Shown: positions 60,664 through 64,000 of the stretch, in pieces
Layout of the letters: every line of letters begins with the position of its first letter
Numbering within the stretch: position 1 is the stretch's first letter
Source of the DNA: Phallusia mammillata
Taxonomy: Eukaryota
Assembly (NCBI GenBank): GCA_965637545.1
Contig: OZ281497.1
Span: 19,530,001-19,594,000 of the forward strand
Reading direction: 5' to 3'
Length of the DNA stretch: 64,000 nt
Translations under genes and position numbers: made by a program
Notes under the pieces: generated by a model
Database searches by the model: none
Told to the model about the DNA's origin: nothing
What the model saw: only the letters and a program-made list of their open reading frames with translations

Positions 60664-63600
60664 GTAAGTACGAAAAATGTAGTAATAGATTAACAGAAGT
60701 GGTTAAGTTAGAAAAAGTCGTAAAAACAGTAGCGTATGTTTGGCATGTTTTAAAGGTTGTTGGGTTTATAAACGCTGTGTTGTCCTTGTGCAGAATGTGT
60801 CAGCGAACACGTTCGATCCAATTCAGGCGGCAAAAGAGGAATACAAGTACCATTGTTTGCACGATCCACTGCCCAACGCCAGAGAAGTGGTTGCCAGTAA
60901 GTGCCACAAGTATCTTGCATCAAATGTTTGTGTTGATCATATGGCCCTTCGCGCGTATATAACCTTCGACAAAACCACCAACTTCTTCCATAAGGTATAT
61001 TTGGCAACATTTATGTCCGAATAAATAGCAAAAATTGTGGTCTTTTTAATTCTATTCGCATCGCCGACCATGCGCAAACAAAGAAAATGTCGGTGATAAA
61101 AATTGATCGATCTAGCGTTCGATTTTGGAATTTTAGGGCTTTTCAACTAACTAGCAACGATGCCGTTTAAATAGTTTCGCTCGTAATACTGTGGTGAAAA
61201 CAGTAAATTTGTCTCATTGCAAAAGCAAATTACGTAATGCAACTACTAAACTTAGATTGAAATTTTCCTGTAAAATTGGTGTGTCCAAATTAACAAACTA
61301 AAATATTGTATTGTGTTTAGTGCAGTGGTTCTTAACCTTTTTACAACGGCCGAACCCCTACGCTAATCTTCAGCATTTGGTCGAACCCCAAAGTTACATC
61401 CTAGGTTTTTAACCCATTTTGTTTGTTGAGTCATAATTAGTTTTTTTTCAAACGTATTGGCAACAGTTACTGTTTGCCATTTTGTTAAATTTTGACATAT
61501 TAATACAAGTAACTTGTTTCAGGATTGCTTTAATTCCGGCAATTTTTAGTTTTTACCAAAATAAAGCATTGCATTTTAGCATCTGTGCACGAACAAGAAA
61601 AAGATATGTTTTTGCTGCCAACAAAATTTCGTTGTTTTTCTGCTTCCGAACAACGCGCACAATGTTCTTTGTTACGTCAAAAAAAAGAAAATAAAACCTT
61701 AGTGAAGGGGTGCACAACCTTTTTGCTAGGACGGCCGCATCGCAGATTCTTATTTCACAAACGACCGCCATTTACCTGCTTATTTTTGCTTTAAAATACT
61801 TGAATGATTTATATTTTATTTACCATATAATAGCGCCCAAAAAGCCCAGATTAATTTCTGCACAGATTGAGCTGGACCGCGTAGAGATCAGTCCTAAGTG
61901 TTGATGATGTCATAATCTATATTGTGATGCTTGTGGTACATGTTTGTTCGCATTGCTTGCACACAATGGTGTACAAAAAGTCTGACGCTTATGGTTATTA
62001 GGTTGGTAATACTCTTTTTAGTACCACAAGAACTGTTTAGAGCAGTTGAAAAATCAAAATATTTAGAAAAAGAGTTTTATTTACGTCACGGCCGCCAGTA
62101 CATATATAAACATGTTCACTGCCGCACAAAATCGACTCTGCGGCGGCATGTGGCCGTCCGGCCACAGGTTGTGTGCCAATGCCTAAGTGTAACCTTCCAG
62201 TGTTTTGATATTTGACAAATACAAATTGCCAGTTTAAGCGAATATAGACTCTAAAGTTTGACAAAAACTAGTATTTGTATTGTTCTTCAAAAAGACCTTC
62301 GTCGAACCCCTAAATCGGCGTCGCCGAACCCCTGGGGTCCGACGAACACCGGTTAAGAACCACTGGTTTAGTGCCAGAAACTGCAACTTTGTGATACAAT
62401 TCCCTCTATTTACACTGGATGGTACATTTCTAAACCAATTGTCCAAAGGATTTGACCGCTTCTAAATTGTTTATGTTTGGTCGACAGGTTTCGATGCAGC
62501 GGCTATCGCGTTGCACTCGATTCTCATTGTCATGGCAACAATAACCGTGGCGCTTTTCATCGAAGAGGTATTTTTCCTAAAAGCCAACATCAAACTTTCG
62601 TACCGACGGCGACTCAGCATTCTACAGGTGAGCGACCCCTTGCCCTAAGTTGAAGCGAACGTTGCCCGCGTTTACCCAAAATCGTAAAACCCTGTCGAAA
62701 AGTTTAATTGCACGAATTTAGGAATTCGCTGCGTTATGAGGTGTTCAGCGTATTATAATGATCTTTTACTGCGCTTTACAACCCTACCAATGCTTTGGTG
62801 TGTTTTTCAAAGGCCGGGATCCCGCCAGTGTTTGCCGTCTCGTCAGTGGTGGGGACTTTCTTTCCGGGAGGCAACATCATGATTGACTTCGTGTGCTCCG
62901 TGTAAGCATGCCTCGACATTTTCTGTTTAATATAAAACTGTGTGAGGTCTAATGTAAAAGTGTCGACTGACTGGTGACCACCAGAATGTTGACAGCGGGA
63001 GTTTTTGTGGGCTTCCTGTTGCAAACACGCCGAATTTGTTTACTTCCAACCGTTTTAAAAAAGCCGGGAGGTATTTGCAAAACGCGTGTCGTCAAGCTTG
63101 CGTGTGACCATAAAGTGTTTGTTTATCACCGAGTTACAGAAAGCAACCGGAGACTTGTCAAAAATAGGTTGTTACTGTCGATCACTCAAAAACGTTTTTA
63201 TACGAATGAACTTTGAACGGAATGCCTATGCAATCTACTTCCAGTGATCTTATTACATGACTTAAACATGACTAACACTCCGAAACATGAACTTTATTTT
63301 GTTTTTATACAATTCAAACTTCAAAAACTATAGCAAAAATATTTATTGAATAAAAATCATAATCCGTCATTCTTTTACCAATTTAGTTATTTTGGATTCG
63401 GACTTCATGCCCTCTTGGTTTTGATGGTAAATTACTTTGGAGGAATGAGACAATTATTGCTTCGCTTCGACGGACGATTCGTGCAAATTAGCACCGGACC
63501 TTTCTGTTGCTGCTGTTTCTGCCTTCCAAGCTTTAGAATGACCAAGTAGGATTTTGTGCATGTAATATTTACAGCATGGGGTTTTAATTTATATTTTTTT

Positions 63601-64000
63601 ACAAACCCAACTCAACCGTTTGTTGTAATGTTTACTACATTTTAGTCAATTGTTAATGCAAGTTTAAGCGGAACCAATAAGTTAGGTGTGTCCCGAATAG
63701 CACTCAATAAAAGAGTTTCACTAACGCAGACAAAGCGTCCCAAATTTACGACCCAACTTTCCAAACCGTCCTAAAAATCAGAGCGTTTGCGAAACAAGCA
63801 AACAAAACCCATCAGGCTAAATACAAAAGCTTGCTCTCAAACTCTTTAAATTTGACTGAGCAAGGTCAATTTACAAATCCTGCCATGACAAAGAACGCTG
63901 CATTTGCAGACTGTTTGTTTTGACGCTCAACTAAACTGTTGCAGGAAAAACTTTCAAATCCTTTGGTACGCGACATTTCAAGCAGCCTTTACTCGGCCGA
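60631..64000 (+). CDS. SLC51A: Organic solute transporter subunit alpha (OST-alpha), 5' part; runs off the window
   Basis: Six phase-consistent exons giving MNATAAHNITG-NVSAN...CLHDPLPNAREVV-ASFDAAAIALHSIL...LFIEEVFFL...RRR-...NYFGG...STGPFCCCCFCLP-KKNFQILWYATFQAAF. The TGPxCCCC Cys cluster is typical of OST-alpha. Confidence 0.92.
60794..60896 (+). CDS. SLC51A: OST-alpha exon 2
   Basis: NVSANTFDPIQAAKEEYKYHCLHDPLPNAREVVA A|gtaagt. Confidence 0.85.
61323..62365. mobile_element. hAT-type MITE in OST-alpha intron 2
   Basis: TIR CAGTGGTTCTTAACC / GGTTAAGAACCACTG; perfect TSD GTTTAGTG; CGAACCCC motifs. Confidence 0.95.
61705..62181. mobile_element. Degenerate hAT MITE nested inside the 61323-62365 element
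   Basis: aAGGGGTGCACAACCT ... AGGTTGTGtgCCaaTG; TSD CCTTAGTG / CCTAAGTG. Confidence 0.7.
62488..62627 (+). CDS. SLC51A: OST-alpha exon 3 (TM1)
   Basis: FDAAAIALHSILIVMATITVALFIEEVFFLKANIKLSYRRRLSILQ|gtgag. Confidence 0.92.
62813..62901 (+). CDS. SLC51A: OST-alpha exon 4
   Basis: AGIPPVFAVSSVVGTFFPGGNIMIDFVCS; phase 0 to 2. Confidence 0.88.
63387..63545 (+). CDS. SLC51A: OST-alpha exon 5 (Cys cluster)
   Basis: YFGFGLHALLVLMVNYFGG...STGPFCCCCFCLPSFRMT. Confidence 0.93.
63945..64000 (+). CDS. SLC51A: OST-alpha exon 6, truncated by the window end
   Basis: ttgcag| KNFQILWYATFQAAFTRP. Confidence 0.85.

Noticed and set aside
60897-60994. Longer OST-alpha exon 2 ending at AAG|gtatat
   Set aside because: A phase-0 join hits a stop in the next exon. 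The 60896 donor restores homology.

Overview
Eukaryotic (intron-containing) animal DNA, most likely an ascidian tunicate. This is inferred from the chordate-type latrophilin, the compact introns, the hAT MITEs and an exact copy of the 16-nt Ciona-type spliced leader. Three genes can be assembled by hand. (1) A complete latrophilin/ADGRL adhesion GPCR on + (23 coding exons, 17160-39111, about 1758 aa): signal peptide, RBL lectin, olfactomedin, Thr/Pro linker, HormR, GAIN/GPS, 7TM and a long tail ending in the PDZ ligand ATCL. (2) A convergent Tctex1-domain dynein light chain on - (40303 to about 42844). (3) The 5' part of an organic solute transporter alpha (SLC51A-like) gene on + (60631 to the window end). 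The first 17 kb is non-coding. The 43.8-58 kb interval holds satellites, several hAT MITEs, scattered minus-strand exon-like segments and a highly base-paired ~130-nt element whose core has HDV-like ribozyme topology. The best leads are that HDV-like multi-pseudoknot element, the genomic spliced-leader copy in latrophilin intron 1, a remodelled olfactomedin domain, a conserved cassette exon with three in-frame donors, and a nested MITE. Comparisons with known proteins and RNAs are from memory and need database confirmation.
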